NCBI GenBank assembly: GCA_016700095.1
Contig: CP065002.1
Span: forward strand, 996,145 to 1,060,144
Direction: 5' to 3'
Length of the DNA: 64,000 nucleotides
Origin: Candidatus Woesebacteria bacterium
GTDB taxonomy: Bacteria > Patescibacteriota > Microgenomatia > UBA8517
Shown in pieces: positions 1-10,265 of the stretch (position 1 is its first letter; every line of letters begins with the position of its first letter). Under the pieces are notes generated by a model. That model was not told the origin of the DNA. It did no database searches and saw nothing but the letters and a program-made list of their open reading frames with translations. The position numbers and the translations under genes are program-made.

Positions 1-306
1 CATAACTTCACTTTCGTTAACGACTTTGGAATTGGGATATATAAAGATTGTCAAATAATTATCGCTTTTAATAGCACCGACTGAAGGTGACGGAGCTTTC
101 GTAATTTGAATTATTTCTCCCTGTGTCGGGTTGACTTCAGTTGTTGGTAGCGGAGTTACACTCTTCTCATTTGTCTTTTCAACTTCTTTTTCGTCTTCGG
201 CTGATAAAGTATCACTCTTGAATTCAATTGTGGGTTTGTTTATTTGATTAAAGTATATTCCGAAAAGCAAAATTCCAAAGGCTACAATTATCGAAACGTT
301 CTTCAT
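1..306 (-). CDS. Partial hypothetical protein with an N-terminal membrane anchor; its C-terminus lies beyond the window edge
   Basis: ATG at 306..304 on the minus strand. Open frame of 102 codons with no stop runs to position 1 (MKNVSIIVAFGILLFGIYFNQ...). Hydrophobic N-terminus. Not in the ORF track because it is truncated. Confidence 0.35.
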   Translation of the reverse strand, partial: MKNVSIIVAFGILLFGIYFNQINKPTIEFKSDTLSAEDEKEVEKTNEKSVTPLPTTEVNPTQGEIIQITKAPSPSVGAIKSDNYLTIFIYPNSKVVNESEVM

Positions 307-325
307 ATGTTGAAATATATCAACT

Positions 326-625
326 TTAGTAGGTAATATCAATTATTTCACCTTTCCTCATATCTTTTCCGTTAACAGGAACTCCCAACACCCATCCAAT
401 AGCACTTGCAACCGTAACTCCAACCCGTAATCCTGTAAATGATCCAGGTCCCATGTTTACTTCAATATATGAGATTTCTTTGATTGAAACATTTTTCTTC
501 AAAAGCATTTCATTAATTACGTAAAGTAACTTTTGCGATTTATCTGTTGTTGCAGTTTCGTATAAATCCTGATCCAAGCCAACTACGATTTTTCTATTGT
601 CAGAGGTGTCAATATATAACTTCAT
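326..625 (-). CDS. tsaB: Short TsaB/YeaZ-like protein, the t6A tRNA threonylcarbamoyladenosine biosynthesis partner
   Basis: 99 aa. YeaZ N-terminal fold motifs (NMGPGSFTGLRVGVTVA). Overlaps the tsaE stop by 4 nt. Confidence 0.6.
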   Translation of the reverse strand: MKLYIDTSDNRKIVVGLDQDLYETATTDKSQKLLYVINEMLLKKNVSIKEISYIEVNMGPGSFTGLRVGVTVASAIGWVLGVPVNGKDMRKGEIIDITY

Positions 626-1059
626 TTTACTCGATAAGAGATTATTCTTCGTTTACTTTCATCGATATAAGAAAATTCAAACCAGGTAGTATTTTTGGTG
701 AATATATCTTTTGTCTTGTCCGCCCATTCAACAACAATTACATTATCACCCGCTTCAACAATCTCACTAAAACCCAGATTGACAATCTCACTTGTTATAT
801 TATTGTCAAGTCGATAGAGATCAATGTGATAAAGCTTATCCAATCCATTTCTGTGAATTCTATATTGACGCATCAGAATAAAAGTTGGCGAAATAAGCGT
901 TTTATCAATACCTAAACCCAATGCCAATCCCTGAACAAAAGTTGTTTTACCTGAACCCAATTCTCCCGTCAATGCAATAATTTGGCCTCTATCTAAATCA
1001 GATCCAATTTTTTGGCCCACTTCTTTAGTTTGCTGGGCATTTTCGGTAATAATATCCAT
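622..1059 (-). CDS. tsaE: tRNA threonylcarbamoyladenosine biosynthesis ATPase TsaE (YjeE)
   Basis: P-loop ALTGELGSGKTTFVQG and TsaE-like layout. The true start is probably an internal Met, since the 5' end overlaps the upstream ORF. Confidence 0.7.
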   Translation of the reverse strand: MDIITENAQQTKEVGQKIGSDLDRGQIIALTGELGSGKTTFVQGLALGLGIDKTLISPTFILMRQYRIHRNGLDKLYHIDLYRLDNNITSEIVNLGFSEIVEAGDNVIVVEWADKTKDIFTKNTTWFEFSYIDESKRRIISYRVK

Positions 1060-1511
1060 AGATTAATCAAGGCCAATATTACACCAATTGTATCAGAAAT
1101 TACATCTAGGTAATCCGAATATCTACCTGGGACAAACGACTGATGATATTCATCAGAAATCGCATACATCAAAGATAGTGTAAAAACCCAAAGCACAATA
1201 TTATTAACTTGCATGAGCTTTAGTGCCCGAAAAAGCAAGGTTGCGAAAATAAAATACTCAGCACTATGGAATACATAATCGGGAAGTGGGAGATCGGATG
1301 TACCCATGGATTTTCCCGACAGATAAAAAATACACAAAGCCCAAAGTACAACCGGAGTCCACGCGTAACCAAGTTTTAACACCATTTCACAAACCAACGA
1401 CCGTGGCGTCTTTTCCGTCTTCGGCGTTGAGACAATTCTTTCTCCACGCGACAAATCGCGTGGTATTACGAAAAGAGAAAATAAAAAGTTACGAGAAAAT
1501 ATTTTTGTCAT
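993..1511 (-). CDS. VanZ-like membrane protein
   Basis: Several TM segments; motifs YSGKSMGTSDLP, HSAEY and DEYHQSFVPGR are typical of the VanZ family. Confidence 0.5.
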   Translation of the reverse strand: MTKIFSRNFLFSLFVIPRDLSRGERIVSTPKTEKTPRSLVCEMVLKLGYAWTPVVLWALCIFYLSGKSMGTSDLPLPDYVFHSAEYFIFATLLFRALKLMQVNNIVLWVFTLSLMYAISDEYHQSFVPGRYSDYLDVISDTIGVILALINLWILLPKMPSKLKKWAKKLDLI

Positions 1512-2257
1512 GTTGACTTTTTGTAAAGCAAATATCCGGAAAACACTATTAATACTAAACCAAAAGAAATTGTAATTATATATCGATAATCAGACTTTCC
1601 GGGTTCACTTTGATCAGTACTTGCTCTTGTTACATTACTTGATTTATCTATCACATTTTGATTAATCGCAATATCATTCGAATAGTCGGGCATATCATCC
1701 TCAACCAAAACACCACTAGTCGGTACGATTTCTTCGGTTTCAGTTATTTTTAGCGAGTCTGTTGGACTCAAGGCACTTGTTGGCACCAAAGTCGCACTTG
1801 GACCGGGAGTATTTCGTTCACACCGGGTTGGTGTAACATCGTTTGAAAACGTGCCTGTTCCGTCAGGATAACGCGCCCATGATTTATCTTCGAGTGTTTC
1901 TTTAAATTCAAATGAGTCGACTATATTGGCTCCGGAATCCTTAAGTGTTACTTTATCACCATTATTATTTAGAGCTAACCCTGTTTCCGATCTTAAAAAA
2001 CAAACAAATCCATATGCGGGTATTTTTTTGTCTTTTATGGTATATGTTTTTGTCTCTTCAATTATGTAATTCGTAATATCCACTTCTTTATCCGAATTAT
2101 TGTATATTTCAATAAATTCAGATCCCTCGGACGAGTCGCCGCTGGGATTTGGAAAAAGCTCATTTAGAAACACCTGCGCATTGGCTGTCGCAGGAAATAT
2201 AAAAAATACTATACATGCAAGAATTGTTATTCGGTACACTATATGTAGTTTACCCAA
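1508..2257 (-). CDS. Secreted lamin-tail-domain (LTD) protein with a C-terminal TM anchor
   Basis: Signal peptide, then FLNELFPNPSGDSSEGSEFIEIYN...NNNGDKVTL (LTD signature), a Thr/Pro-rich linker and a C-terminal hydrophobic segment. Confidence 0.5.
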   Translation of the reverse strand: MGKLHIVYRITILACIVFFIFPATANAQVFLNELFPNPSGDSSEGSEFIEIYNNSDKEVDITNYIIEETKTYTIKDKKIPAYGFVCFLRSETGLALNNNGDKVTLKDSGANIVDSFEFKETLEDKSWARYPDGTGTFSNDVTPTRCERNTPGPSATLVPTSALSPTDSLKITETEEIVPTSGVLVEDDMPDYSNDIAINQNVIDKSSNVTRASTDQSEPGKSDYRYIITISFGLVLIVFSGYLLYKKST

Positions 2258-2277
2258 GTAGTAAGCAAGTTAAAAGT

Positions 2278-3444
2278 TCAATAATTGACGTGTAGATAAT
2301 AAGTGTCAATTCCTTCACTTTGTGAAACTCTTACATAACGCAGTGTTCCTCCGCCACACGCGATAGCACCACGAAAGAGCTTACCATCTTTCACAGCCTT
2401 AACTGTCATATCATTGTTGGCGTTAATCATATCTATTCCGGTATGAGGCGCACCTCCGTAATATCTCAGGTTTACTGCATAATAAGTCATACCATAACCT
2501 TGCGTAATTCTAACGGGGTCATTTATCGGCCATTGCCAATTTCCCGAAAAACCGAACTGGCCATCGGGTGAGTTATCCCAAATCACAGATTTTGGAGTCA
2601 AAAAAGAAGTTGGATTTTGATGGGTGTTACTTTTGACAACTTCAAAATGTAGATGGGCACCACTGGAACATGCCGATGCACCGGGAATCACACTTGCTAT
2701 TCGGCTGCCTTCTTTTATATCGCCTACCTCGGTCTCTTTTCCTTTACCGGCTATAATGTCTTGGATTGCATCCCTTTCCGCTCGTGCTTGGACCAAAAGG
2801 CTTTGGTATTTTTTCTCGTCATTTCTTGTAATATCGAGTAATTTTGCTTTTGCTGTCTTTTGTGTGCCAAGCACCGACTTTTGATTTTCAAGCTCCACAT
2901 GTAAGTCTTCTTGATCAACCTTTTCCTCTTTGTAGTTTGATTGGGCATCTTCCAGTTTAATTAAAAGGTTGCGATCGGCTTCTTGGATTTTTTCAAGATA
3001 ATAAAAATTTGAAACCGCGCCCGACAAACTATTTGAAGATAAAAGGACGATATAAGGATCACTTATCCTACTAAGTTTATAGGACTGATTTACCCGGGAT
3101 GTAAATGCGCTGCTTAAAGAATCAAGCGAGGCTTCTAATTGATCAATTCTACCACCAAGAAGTGAAATCTTTTCCTCGGTTTGAGAAATCTTTAGTGTCG
3201 TTAAATTAATCTGTGCATTATACTGGGCAATTTGATTTGAGAGCGTATTGGCTTCGGCATTTAATCGTAATACTTCCGTCTGGTAATCCTCAATTTGTTT
3301 ATTGAGCTGGTTTAACTTATCTTGAACTTCCTGGGCAAATACATTATTACCGGTAAAAATAATTATTAGAAAGAAGAATAAAACCGCAATGATACTTTTT
3401 GTTATCGGCAGTTTTCGTTTGGAGATATCATGTATTGAAATCAT
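2278..3444 (-). CDS. Coiled-coil M23 family metallopeptidase; EnvC-like partner of FtsEX
   Basis: N-terminal TM, long coiled coil (QLN..QIA..), and a C-terminal M23 domain (HTGIDM, GAHLHFEV). Its stop overlaps the ftsX start. Confidence 0.7.
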   Translation of the reverse strand: MISIHDISKRKLPITKSIIAVLFFFLIIIFTGNNVFAQEVQDKLNQLNKQIEDYQTEVLRLNAEANTLSNQIAQYNAQINLTTLKISQTEEKISLLGGRIDQLEASLDSLSSAFTSRVNQSYKLSRISDPYIVLLSSNSLSGAVSNFYYLEKIQEADRNLLIKLEDAQSNYKEEKVDQEDLHVELENQKSVLGTQKTAKAKLLDITRNDEKKYQSLLVQARAERDAIQDIIAGKGKETEVGDIKEGSRIASVIPGASACSSGAHLHFEVVKSNTHQNPTSFLTPKSVIWDNSPDGQFGFSGNWQWPINDPVRITQGYGMTYYAVNLRYYGGAPHTGIDMINANNDMTVKAVKDGKLFRGAIACGGGTLRYVRVSQSEGIDTYYLHVNY

Positions 3445-4361
3445 CTTCTTTTGCGGCTCGCTCGAGATACTGCAAATACACTTCCTGTTAACGCTAGCGT
3501 GATACCAATTATCAGCTCACCGGCTAAAATTACACCAAAAACGCTCATCAAAGATATGGTATCGCGAGGAAGAACAGGTATCTCGCCAAAGTAGCGAATA
3601 ATTGACGGAGTTGCGTAAAGAACAATTAGCAATGCGGTTATCCAACCTGTTAAAACACCGATTATTGCATAAAACAGTGCCTCTAAAATTATCGGATTGC
3701 GTATAAATCCTTTGGTCGCACCAATCAAATTTAGAATTTCAATTTCTGTTTTCCGAACAGAAAGCCGCATCATAATAATCACGATCAAGACTAAGAAAGA
3801 TGAAATTAGCTGAATTGACACAAAAACTCCACCTCCCAACCTGATATAATTTGTTATATTTTTCAGATTATCCACAACGTCGGAAATTGATTGACCACCG
3901 GGTAAACTTGCCGAATAGCCAACCTCTTCGACAATTGCCTCTGTTTCAACTTTTGCGATAATATCCCCAAGGTACGACAAATCTGCAACCGAAAATTCTA
4001 TACTGGCGGGAAATATAGATGGGCTAACCAATTCCGATAACAGTGGATTGTCGCTTGTTGCTTCCTTATAAATTCCAAGCGCTTCTTCTTTCGAAACGTA
4101 TTTAACATTTTTAACATTTACATCCCTCAAGAGGGTATCCTGAAGAAGGGTCACTTCTTCGAATGGAGCTTCGTCTTTCAGGAATGCAATCACTTGCGGT
4201 CTTGTTTCGTAGTAACTAATCGCTTTCTCCGAAGAGTAAACACTAATTGCAAGTACTGTAACTACAAAAAATGTATTCGCCAACACAAAAATTGCAGCAA
4301 GAGCCTGAAATGGCGATCTGCGAATATAGCTCCAAGTTGTTTTGAAAAATATATGTGACAT
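3441..4361 (-). CDS. ftsX: Cell division permease FtsX
   Basis: 4-TM topology with a periplasmic loop. Lies directly after ftsE with overlapping stop/start. Confidence 0.8.
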   Translation of the reverse strand: MSHIFFKTTWSYIRRSPFQALAAIFVLANTFFVVTVLAISVYSSEKAISYYETRPQVIAFLKDEAPFEEVTLLQDTLLRDVNVKNVKYVSKEEALGIYKEATSDNPLLSELVSPSIFPASIEFSVADLSYLGDIIAKVETEAIVEEVGYSASLPGGQSISDVVDNLKNITNYIRLGGGVFVSIQLISSFLVLIVIIMMRLSVRKTEIEILNLIGATKGFIRNPIILEALFYAIIGVLTGWITALLIVLYATPSIIRYFGEIPVLPRDTISLMSVFGVILAGELIIGITLALTGSVFAVSRASRKRR

Positions 4362-5089
4362 TACTTTTTCTCCTTTGAGTTCTTTTTATTTTTCTTGGTT
4401 TCGCTGTTCTTTGGTTTTTTGTCTTTAGTTTCTTTGGCGGGTATCTTGTTTGTTGGCTTTTCCAAAACAATAACTCGTTTTTTCATACTATCTATCAACC
4501 CCTTATGGTGCGTTGCCATAACAATAGTTTTACCTTCTTTGTTTATATTCTCAAATAAATCCATAAGTTTCTGTGCAGTTTCCCAATCCAAATTCCCCGT
4601 TGGTTCATCGGCTAAAATAATTTTGGGATTAACTACAAGTGCACGCGCGAGAGAAATGCGTTGCAGTTCACCACCCGATAGTTGAGATGGGAAAAATTCC
4701 GATCTGTCTTTTAGTCCAACCAAAGATAAGACGTGGTCAACTCTCTCTTTCCATTCCTTTTGGTCTAATCCAATAACAGCCAACGCAACTTCGACATTTT
4801 CTCTCGCTGTACGCTCCTGGAGAAGTTTGAAATCCTGAAACACAACACCCATTTTTTGTCGGAGTTTGGGAATATTTTTACTTTTAATATTAATAATATT
4901 TTCCTTTGCCAGAAGAATTTCACCCATGTCGGGAATCAAATCACGCATAATCAATCGCAGGAGCGTGGTCTTTCCCGAACCTGACGGTCCGGTCAAAAAA
5001 ACAAATTCACCTTCTTCGATGATGAAAGAAACATCATCCAAAGCTAATGTACTCCCGAATCGTTTAGTGACATTTTTGATTTCAAGCAT
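4361..5089 (-). CDS. ftsE: Cell division ATP-binding protein FtsE, with a Lys-rich C-terminal tail
   Basis: Walker A GPSGSGKTT, ABC signature LSGGELQR, Walker B ILADEPTGNLD. Immediately upstream of ftsX. Confidence 0.85.
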   Translation of the reverse strand: MLEIKNVTKRFGSTLALDDVSFIIEEGEFVFLTGPSGSGKTTLLRLIMRDLIPDMGEILLAKENIINIKSKNIPKLRQKMGVVFQDFKLLQERTARENVEVALAVIGLDQKEWKERVDHVLSLVGLKDRSEFFPSQLSGGELQRISLARALVVNPKIILADEPTGNLDWETAQKLMDLFENINKEGKTIVMATHHKGLIDSMKKRVIVLEKPTNKIPAKETKDKKPKNSETKKNKKNSKEKK

Positions 5090-5139
5090 GGCAGTTTCTG
5101 GCTTAAGGTTACCAAATTATATCAGTTAGGACAATGGTT

Positions 5140-5670
5140 TTATTTAACTACTTTTATTTTCCCGACATCCATCAACCAAGGAGCGTCGATAGCGGCAACG
5201 GTGTTTCCCCAAATCTTGACATTTTTACCCACAAAACTTTGAAGATCCAATACGGTCGATGTCAAATAGACGTTCTTTTCTTCTCCAAGGCCTCTATCCA
5301 GATAATGTGTTCCCTCACCGTTAATTCCACCTTCTTTAAGAATACCCTCAGGTGCTTCTTTCTCGAAGCCACTTTCGTCCATGATTCCCGCTTCATCTTC
5401 ATTGTCTTTCGCACCAGGTGCAACATCGGCAACGACACCGGGTCCACCGGTTGTTTTTGCGTTACTTAAAATCCACCCTGTCCCAACTCCCGCAAGTATT
5501 ATTACAAGAGCACCAACGACAAGCATCATCGTTTGCTTGCCTGTTTTATTTTTAGGAAATTCTTTCATAACCTTTTTTTCAACTACTGTCTGAGACTTGG
5601 GATCAACAACACTTTGTGATGAGATACCCACATCTTTGCCCAACTGACTCACTTCTTCCATAACATTCAC
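5140..5670 (-). CDS. Hypothetical single-pass membrane protein
   Basis: 176 aa. One TM helix (MMLVVGALVIILAGVGTGWIL) followed by an extracytoplasmic domain. No recognisable motif. Confidence 0.4.
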   Translation of the reverse strand: MNVMEEVSQLGKDVGISSQSVVDPKSQTVVEKKVMKEFPKNKTGKQTMMLVVGALVIILAGVGTGWILSNAKTTGGPGVVADVAPGAKDNEDEAGIMDESGFEKEAPEGILKEGGINGEGTHYLDRGLGEEKNVYLTSTVLDLQSFVGKNVKIWGNTVAAIDAPWLMDVGKIKVVK

Positions 5671-5711
5671 TATAACATTGTAAACCCAAAAGAAACAAGT
5701 GAAAAGAATAA

Positions 5712-6788
5712 TTATTTAAGCCTAAGTTCAGCTTCAATAAATTCTTCAAGTTCCCCGTCTAGAACCGAATCGGGATCCGAGCTTTCCACTTTTGTCCGCA
5801 CATCTTTTACCATTTTATAAGGATGTAATACATAAGATCTAATTTGTGTTCCCCAGGACGCAGGTCGATATTCTCCCTTAATATTTTTAGCTTCACTTTT
5901 TTCCTGCTGTTGTTTTAGTAGCCACAACTTAGAACGTAAATGATCAAGCGCATTTTTCCGGTTCTTTTCTTGATAACGCTCCGCTTGCGACGTAACGGTT
6001 ATACCGGTCGGTTTATGAGTAAGTCTTACTGCGGTATTGACCTTGTTTACGTTTTGACCTCCTGCTCCCCCCGAACGATAGAATTGCCATTCGATTTCGT
6101 CATCTTTAATTTCAATATCTGATGCATCCGTTTCCGTTAGTTCGGGCATAACTTCAACTAGCGCAAATGAGGTTTGACGTAATTTGTCGGCATTAAATGG
6201 CGATTGTCGAACCAGCCTGTGTGTTCCTGCTTCATTTCTCAAATAACCATAAGCGAAACTCCCACTTACTTTCATAGTCACTGCTTTCAGTCCTGCTTCT
6301 TCACCTGAGGTCATATCCAGAACTTCGTAATTCCAACCTCTTTTGTCGAAAAACCTTGTATACATCCGATAAAGCATATTTGCCCAATCCATCGCCTCAG
6401 TCCCACCCTGTCCTGCATGAATTCCAAATATAGCGTTGTTCTTGTCATAATGTCCTGATAGAAATGAAGCCATTTCTAGTTTATTTAAAAGCCTTCTTGT
6501 TTTGACAACTTCGTTTTTGAGGTCTTCCGCTAACTCAGATTCTCCCGCCAATCCTGTCAGGGTTGTAATTTCTTTTTCAAGTCTATTTACTTCTTCTATT
6601 TCTTTTTGTAAGTCTGAGAGTTCCTGCATTAAATTTCGTGCTCGTTCCTGGTCGTTCCAAAAATTACTTTCGGCACACATTGACTCCAGCTCCACTATAC
6701 GAGCTTTCTTTTTATCAAGATCAAGTGAAGCTTTGACCTTGTCAAAGTCACTCGCTAAATCTTTAATTGCCTCATCGGTGTCCTGCAT
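5712..6788 (-). CDS. prfB: Peptide chain release factor 2
   Basis: GGQ motif ([20 protein letters not shown]), SPF tripeptide (RQSPFNA) and the RF2 N-terminal coiled coil. A contiguous 358-aa ORF, with no programmed +1 frameshift site. Confidence 0.85.
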   Translation of the reverse strand: MQDTDEAIKDLASDFDKVKASLDLDKKKARIVELESMCAESNFWNDQERARNLMQELSDLQKEIEEVNRLEKEITTLTGLAGESELAEDLKNEVVKTRRLLNKLEMASFLSGHYDKNNAIFGIHAGQGGTEAMDWANMLYRMYTRFFDKRGWNYEVLDMTSGEEAGLKAVTMKVSGSFAYGYLRNEAGTHRLVRQSPFNADKLRQTSFALVEVMPELTETDASDIEIKDDEIEWQFYRSGGAGGQNVNKVNTAVRLTHKPTGITVTSQAERYQEKNRKNALDHLRSKLWLLKQQQEKSEAKNIKGEYRPASWGTQIRSYVLHPYKMVKDVRTKVESSDPDSVLDGELEEFIEAELRLK

Positions 6789-7047
6789 GCTTGAAGTATA
6801 GCAAATATAGGATTTGAAATATTATTTAAATAACCATAAATGTCTTACTAGACTAGCCAATAGAAGATAATGAATGTAAATGTATAATACAAATATGACT
6901 AAAGTAAAAAAACATAAAAAAGTATTGAGTAATTTAAATAAGGCAAGACTTAATGTAAATATATTTTTACTTGGGCTTGCATTTATTTTGGCTTTCGTGA
7001 TTATTTTTTCAGGACAGAATGATAAGTCAGTTTCAGAAGCTGTATAA

Positions 7048-7569
7048 CTAATTTTCCGGTGAACAGATATTCGTTTTAACCTCATTTGCCTCGTCATCGG
7101 TTAATAAATTGAAGTCTTCAATTACAGACTGAGAAGTCGGAAGTTCACTAGCAACAGAATCAGGAATTTCATTTGCTTGTGTACCCAACACTTTTACTAA
7201 TTTATTTCTACCTTCATCTAGTGCTGTACTTATTGGTTTGGGAGCGTTGTCCCAACCTAATATTTCCGTAAACAAAGTTCTACCTCCGAGAATCATAAAT
7301 CCCTCAAGAATTATTGCCAAGATAAAACCAAAGGCTACAGAAGGAAGATAACTCTTCATATTCCATTTCACATAAAGGTGTCTATATCTTGCGGCAGAAA
7401 TAACGAGAACGAAAACAAGTCCAAGAATTACAATCGCCTGCCAATATTCAGGTTGAAGTTTGGTATCACCAATATTCAAATCAAATGGTGTCCGTAAAAA
7501 CGTCTGACTATCAGGCAATTTGGGTGTTGAGGGAAGAGTCGAAACAACTGTAGATTCCAAGTCTTTCAT
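7048..7569 (-). CDS. Hypothetical membrane protein
   Basis: 173 aa with 2-3 predicted TM helices. No motif recognised. Confidence 0.35.
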   Translation of the reverse strand: MKDLESTVVSTLPSTPKLPDSQTFLRTPFDLNIGDTKLQPEYWQAIVILGLVFVLVISAARYRHLYVKWNMKSYLPSVAFGFILAIILEGFMILGGRTLFTEILGWDNAPKPISTALDEGRNKLVKVLGTQANEIPDSVASELPTSQSVIEDFNLLTDDEANEVKTNICSPEN

Positions 7570-7622
7570 GACTAAATCATATCACACGTAGCGTGCTGGA
7601 TATAAACCGACATCCTGAAGAA

Positions 7623-7889
7623 TCAAAGTGAATCCGCCTCACTATCAAGCTGGTTAAGTTCCGCATCAAGCGATTCCAAGTTAAGGTTGGTTTCATCAAA
7701 CTCTTTTTGTATCGTGGCGACGTCGTCTGTCTGCGAGAGACTATCTGAGACTATAATATCATTTGTCGTTTGTGTAGCTAATTTGTTTGTTCCCATAGTT
7801 TGGTAAGCATAGAATCCAAGAGCGACTATGATAAGCATCACGATAATTACTAGAATAAGACTTATAAATCCCCGTGTTTGTTTATTCAT
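7623..7889 (-). CDS. Small membrane-anchored hypothetical protein
   Basis: 88 aa. N-terminal TM followed by an acidic coiled tail. Abuts the upstream gene (7890). Confidence 0.3.
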   Translation of the reverse strand: MNKQTRGFISLILVIIVMLIIVALGFYAYQTMGTNKLATQTTNDIIVSDSLSQTDDVATIQKEFDETNLNLESLDAELNQLDSEADSL

Positions 7890-8570
7890 TTAATCTTCTA
7901 TGACTTTTAATGCATCAATCGCTATCCGACACGCTTCTCGTGCCTCAACGACTGCCATCTTTACTTTCTCGAGATCTTGCCTTAGTTTGTCAGTCACTAT
8001 TTGCACGTTTGTTTTTATCTCGGCTTCGTCGGATAACTCGATCACATATTCGTTTGCAGCTTGCGTCTCAATTGCTTTCCTGGCTGCAAGAATTTTTGAA
8101 TGTGCATCACTAACCGCAACTCTTACTGCATTTACATCTTTTCCCTCTTCTTCGAGCCTGTCAGCTCTGCTTGACATCTTTGACGCCAATTGGTCGAGCC
8201 GATCTAAAACCAAAGTCCAATGATTTACCCAACGGTCGTTTATCTTATCCAGTTTATCGGCAATAATTTCAAGTGTAAGTTTTTTTCTCTCCACTTTAAT
8301 TTCTTGAAGTTTATTTTTAAATTCTTCTCTTTTTGTCTTATTACTTTCTTTTACTGCTTCTCTAGCAGCTTGTAAACGCAATTTATTTTCCTCCCTCTCC
8401 AATTTAAGTTTTTCAAGCTCTTCTTGGCGTTTCACCTTCGCTTCTGTGCGCAATTTGGCAACGTCGGTACTAACCACATCCGTTGCACCAACTTCAGTAA
8501 CCAAATAAATAGGAGGCACAACCAAAACAAAAAGAAACAAAGAAAATATACACAAAACCAATCGACGCAT
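7890..8570 (-). CDS. Secreted or anchored coiled-coil protein
   Basis: Signal/anchor, then long Lys/Glu-rich heptad-like regions. No catalytic motif. Confidence 0.4.
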   Translation of the reverse strand: MRRLVLCIFSLFLFVLVVPPIYLVTEVGATDVVSTDVAKLRTEAKVKRQEELEKLKLEREENKLRLQAAREAVKESNKTKREEFKNKLQEIKVERKKLTLEIIADKLDKINDRWVNHWTLVLDRLDQLASKMSSRADRLEEEGKDVNAVRVAVSDAHSKILAARKAIETQAANEYVIELSDEAEIKTNVQIVTDKLRQDLEKVKMAVVEAREACRIAIDALKVIED

Positions 8571-8607
8571 TGCATTAATTTAATAGTCTGAAGGTGAAAT
8601 TGTCAAG

Positions 8608-9186
8608 CTATTCCACGTCCAACAATTCCACGTCAAAAACAAGTGTTGCGTTGGGGGGAATACCCTGAGTTCCACTTGGTCCATAGGCCATACTACCTGG
8701 TATAGTAAGTTTTCTTTTACCACCAACTTTCATGCCCTTTACTCCTTCATCCCAACCTTCAATCACTTGTCCCACACCCAAAGTAAATGTAAATGGTTGA
8801 CCTCGGTCAAGAGAGCTGTCGAATTTTTCGCCGTTTGTAAGAGTACCGGTATAATGGACGGTGACTTCTTTGCCTGACACAGCTTCTTCTCCCTCTCCGA
8901 CCACGCTATCTTCGATTATTAATTCATCTGTATTTTTCATATCTCCACCTCCTTCCGATTGATCTACTGTTTTTTCAACTTCGTCAAGTGTATTTGCCGG
9001 CGGTGTGTCTTTCCCGCTAAATACAAATATTGCTACTGCTATTAGAATTAGAGCCAATCCAAAAGTCGCTATTCGCCTAACGTCAAAACCTAAAGAACGC
9101 TCTTCTTTTTGCACACTCTCTTGTGTTTCATTCAAATTTTCTTCCATTATATTTATTCTTCCAGATATACAAGATATGTCAACCAA
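8608..9186 (-). CDS. FKBP-type peptidyl-prolyl cis-trans isomerase, membrane-anchored
   Basis: C-terminal FKBP domain [18 protein letters not shown]...[27 protein letters not shown] with an N-terminal TM. Confidence 0.75.
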   Translation of the reverse strand: MVDISCISGRINIMEENLNETQESVQKEERSLGFDVRRIATFGLALILIAVAIFVFSGKDTPPANTLDEVEKTVDQSEGGGDMKNTDELIIEDSVVGEGEEAVSGKEVTVHYTGTLTNGEKFDSSLDRGQPFTFTLGVGQVIEGWDEGVKGMKVGGKRKLTIPGSMAYGPSGTQGIPPNATLVFDVELLDVE

Positions 9187-9190
9187 TTTA

Positions 9191-9868
9191 TTAATTCGGG
9201 GTCGGTGATGCTGTTATTTTTACCGTAGGAGTAGCGGTTACGGTTTTGGTTGGAGTTTCGTCTGTTTTTCCGGTTTGACCTTCTCTTAAGCCAGTTATCA
9301 CTACGACATCATATTCCGTAGTACTAGTTGCTTTTTTAGTCTTAACTGTAATAAATACTTTTTCCAATTCTTCGGTAATTTCGTCGACGAGGGTATCCGG
9401 TAATTCTTTTGAAAAAGTTATTGACGTATCTTCATTGTCCTGATCTTCGGCATTATCAACATCGATGGAAGTATAACCCAAAGCTTCAAATTTGCCCTGC
9501 AGCAAACCGGCTTCACCCGCTATTCCGGTACCGTTGAGAATCTGAACTTGTACATCTTTGCGGTCAACGTCCTCCTTCGGAGCAACTGTGGGAACGGGAG
9601 TCGATGTAGGTGTTCTGGTTTCCGGCATCGTCAAATTTTGTGATGGACTAGATTGGGTGTCAATTTCAGGTTCTCGAAGCAAGTACCAAGCACCACCTGC
9701 GAGTCCTGCAACAATAATTATAATGATAAGAATAAATATTATACTTTTACCCCTTTTTTTACTTCCCCGATCACGCACTTTATTAGGATTGCCACTACTG
9801 GAATCCTGTTCAGATCTTACAACTTGCTGATCTTCTCTTTCCTGGCTGATGTTTGATCCTTCTTCCAT
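9191..9868 (-). CDS. LytR_C-domain (cell-envelope-related) protein with a Pro/Thr-rich linker
   Basis: TM anchor, then a PT-rich region and a LytR C-terminal-like domain ([14 protein letters not shown]...). Confidence 0.45.
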   Translation of the reverse strand: MEEGSNISQEREDQQVVRSEQDSSSGNPNKVRDRGSKKRGKSIIFILIIIIIVAGLAGGAWYLLREPEIDTQSSPSQNLTMPETRTPTSTPVPTVAPKEDVDRKDVQVQILNGTGIAGEAGLLQGKFEALGYTSIDVDNAEDQDNEDTSITFSKELPDTLVDEITEELEKVFITVKTKKATSTTEYDVVVITGLREGQTGKTDETPTKTVTATPTVKITASPTPN

Positions 9869-10265
9869 TTGTAAAACGAGTATAGTTAAAATACTATATA
9901 CCTGTCAACTCTAGTAATACGAACAAAATAAGTAAATATGAGTTAACCGATCTATCCATAATATCAGTATTATTTATTTTTTCAATCCATTATTACTTAG
10001 TAGATTGGGTTAGCGATAGTCAATCTCTCAGACATGGCAGACACAAAAAATACCTCCTCGACGAATAAGAGAGTATTGTCTTCATACTCACGAACTTGCG
10101 ATGTATAACACAATCTTTGAGACGTTAGGTATATGTGTACCGATTAATAAGGCAAACTTGCCATAACCGTTCCAACGTGTATTTTGTTATATAAAAATTT
10201 CAGTGAGTTTTTTAGTACCTTCTTTTCTTGCTGTAATGCACGGAGTTCGAAAAATAGATTTATGG

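Noticed and set aside
4243-4470. 75-aa Lys/Arg-rich ORF spanning the ftsE/ftsX junction
   Set aside because: It is out of frame relative to the two well-supported genes it overlaps. Its basic composition reflects the antisense or shifted reading of the A-rich coding sequence.
5712-6788. Possible programmed +1 frameshift in prfB
   Set aside because: The ORF is continuous from the N-terminal coiled coil through the GGQ domain. No internal in-frame UGA or CUU-UGA motif is needed to obtain the full-length protein.
6822-7097. 91-aa minus-strand ORF in the AT-rich gap after prfB
   Set aside because: It lies in an extremely AT-rich intergenic region with low-complexity translation (FFTLVIFVLYIYIHYLLL). 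It is more likely a promoter or UTR region.
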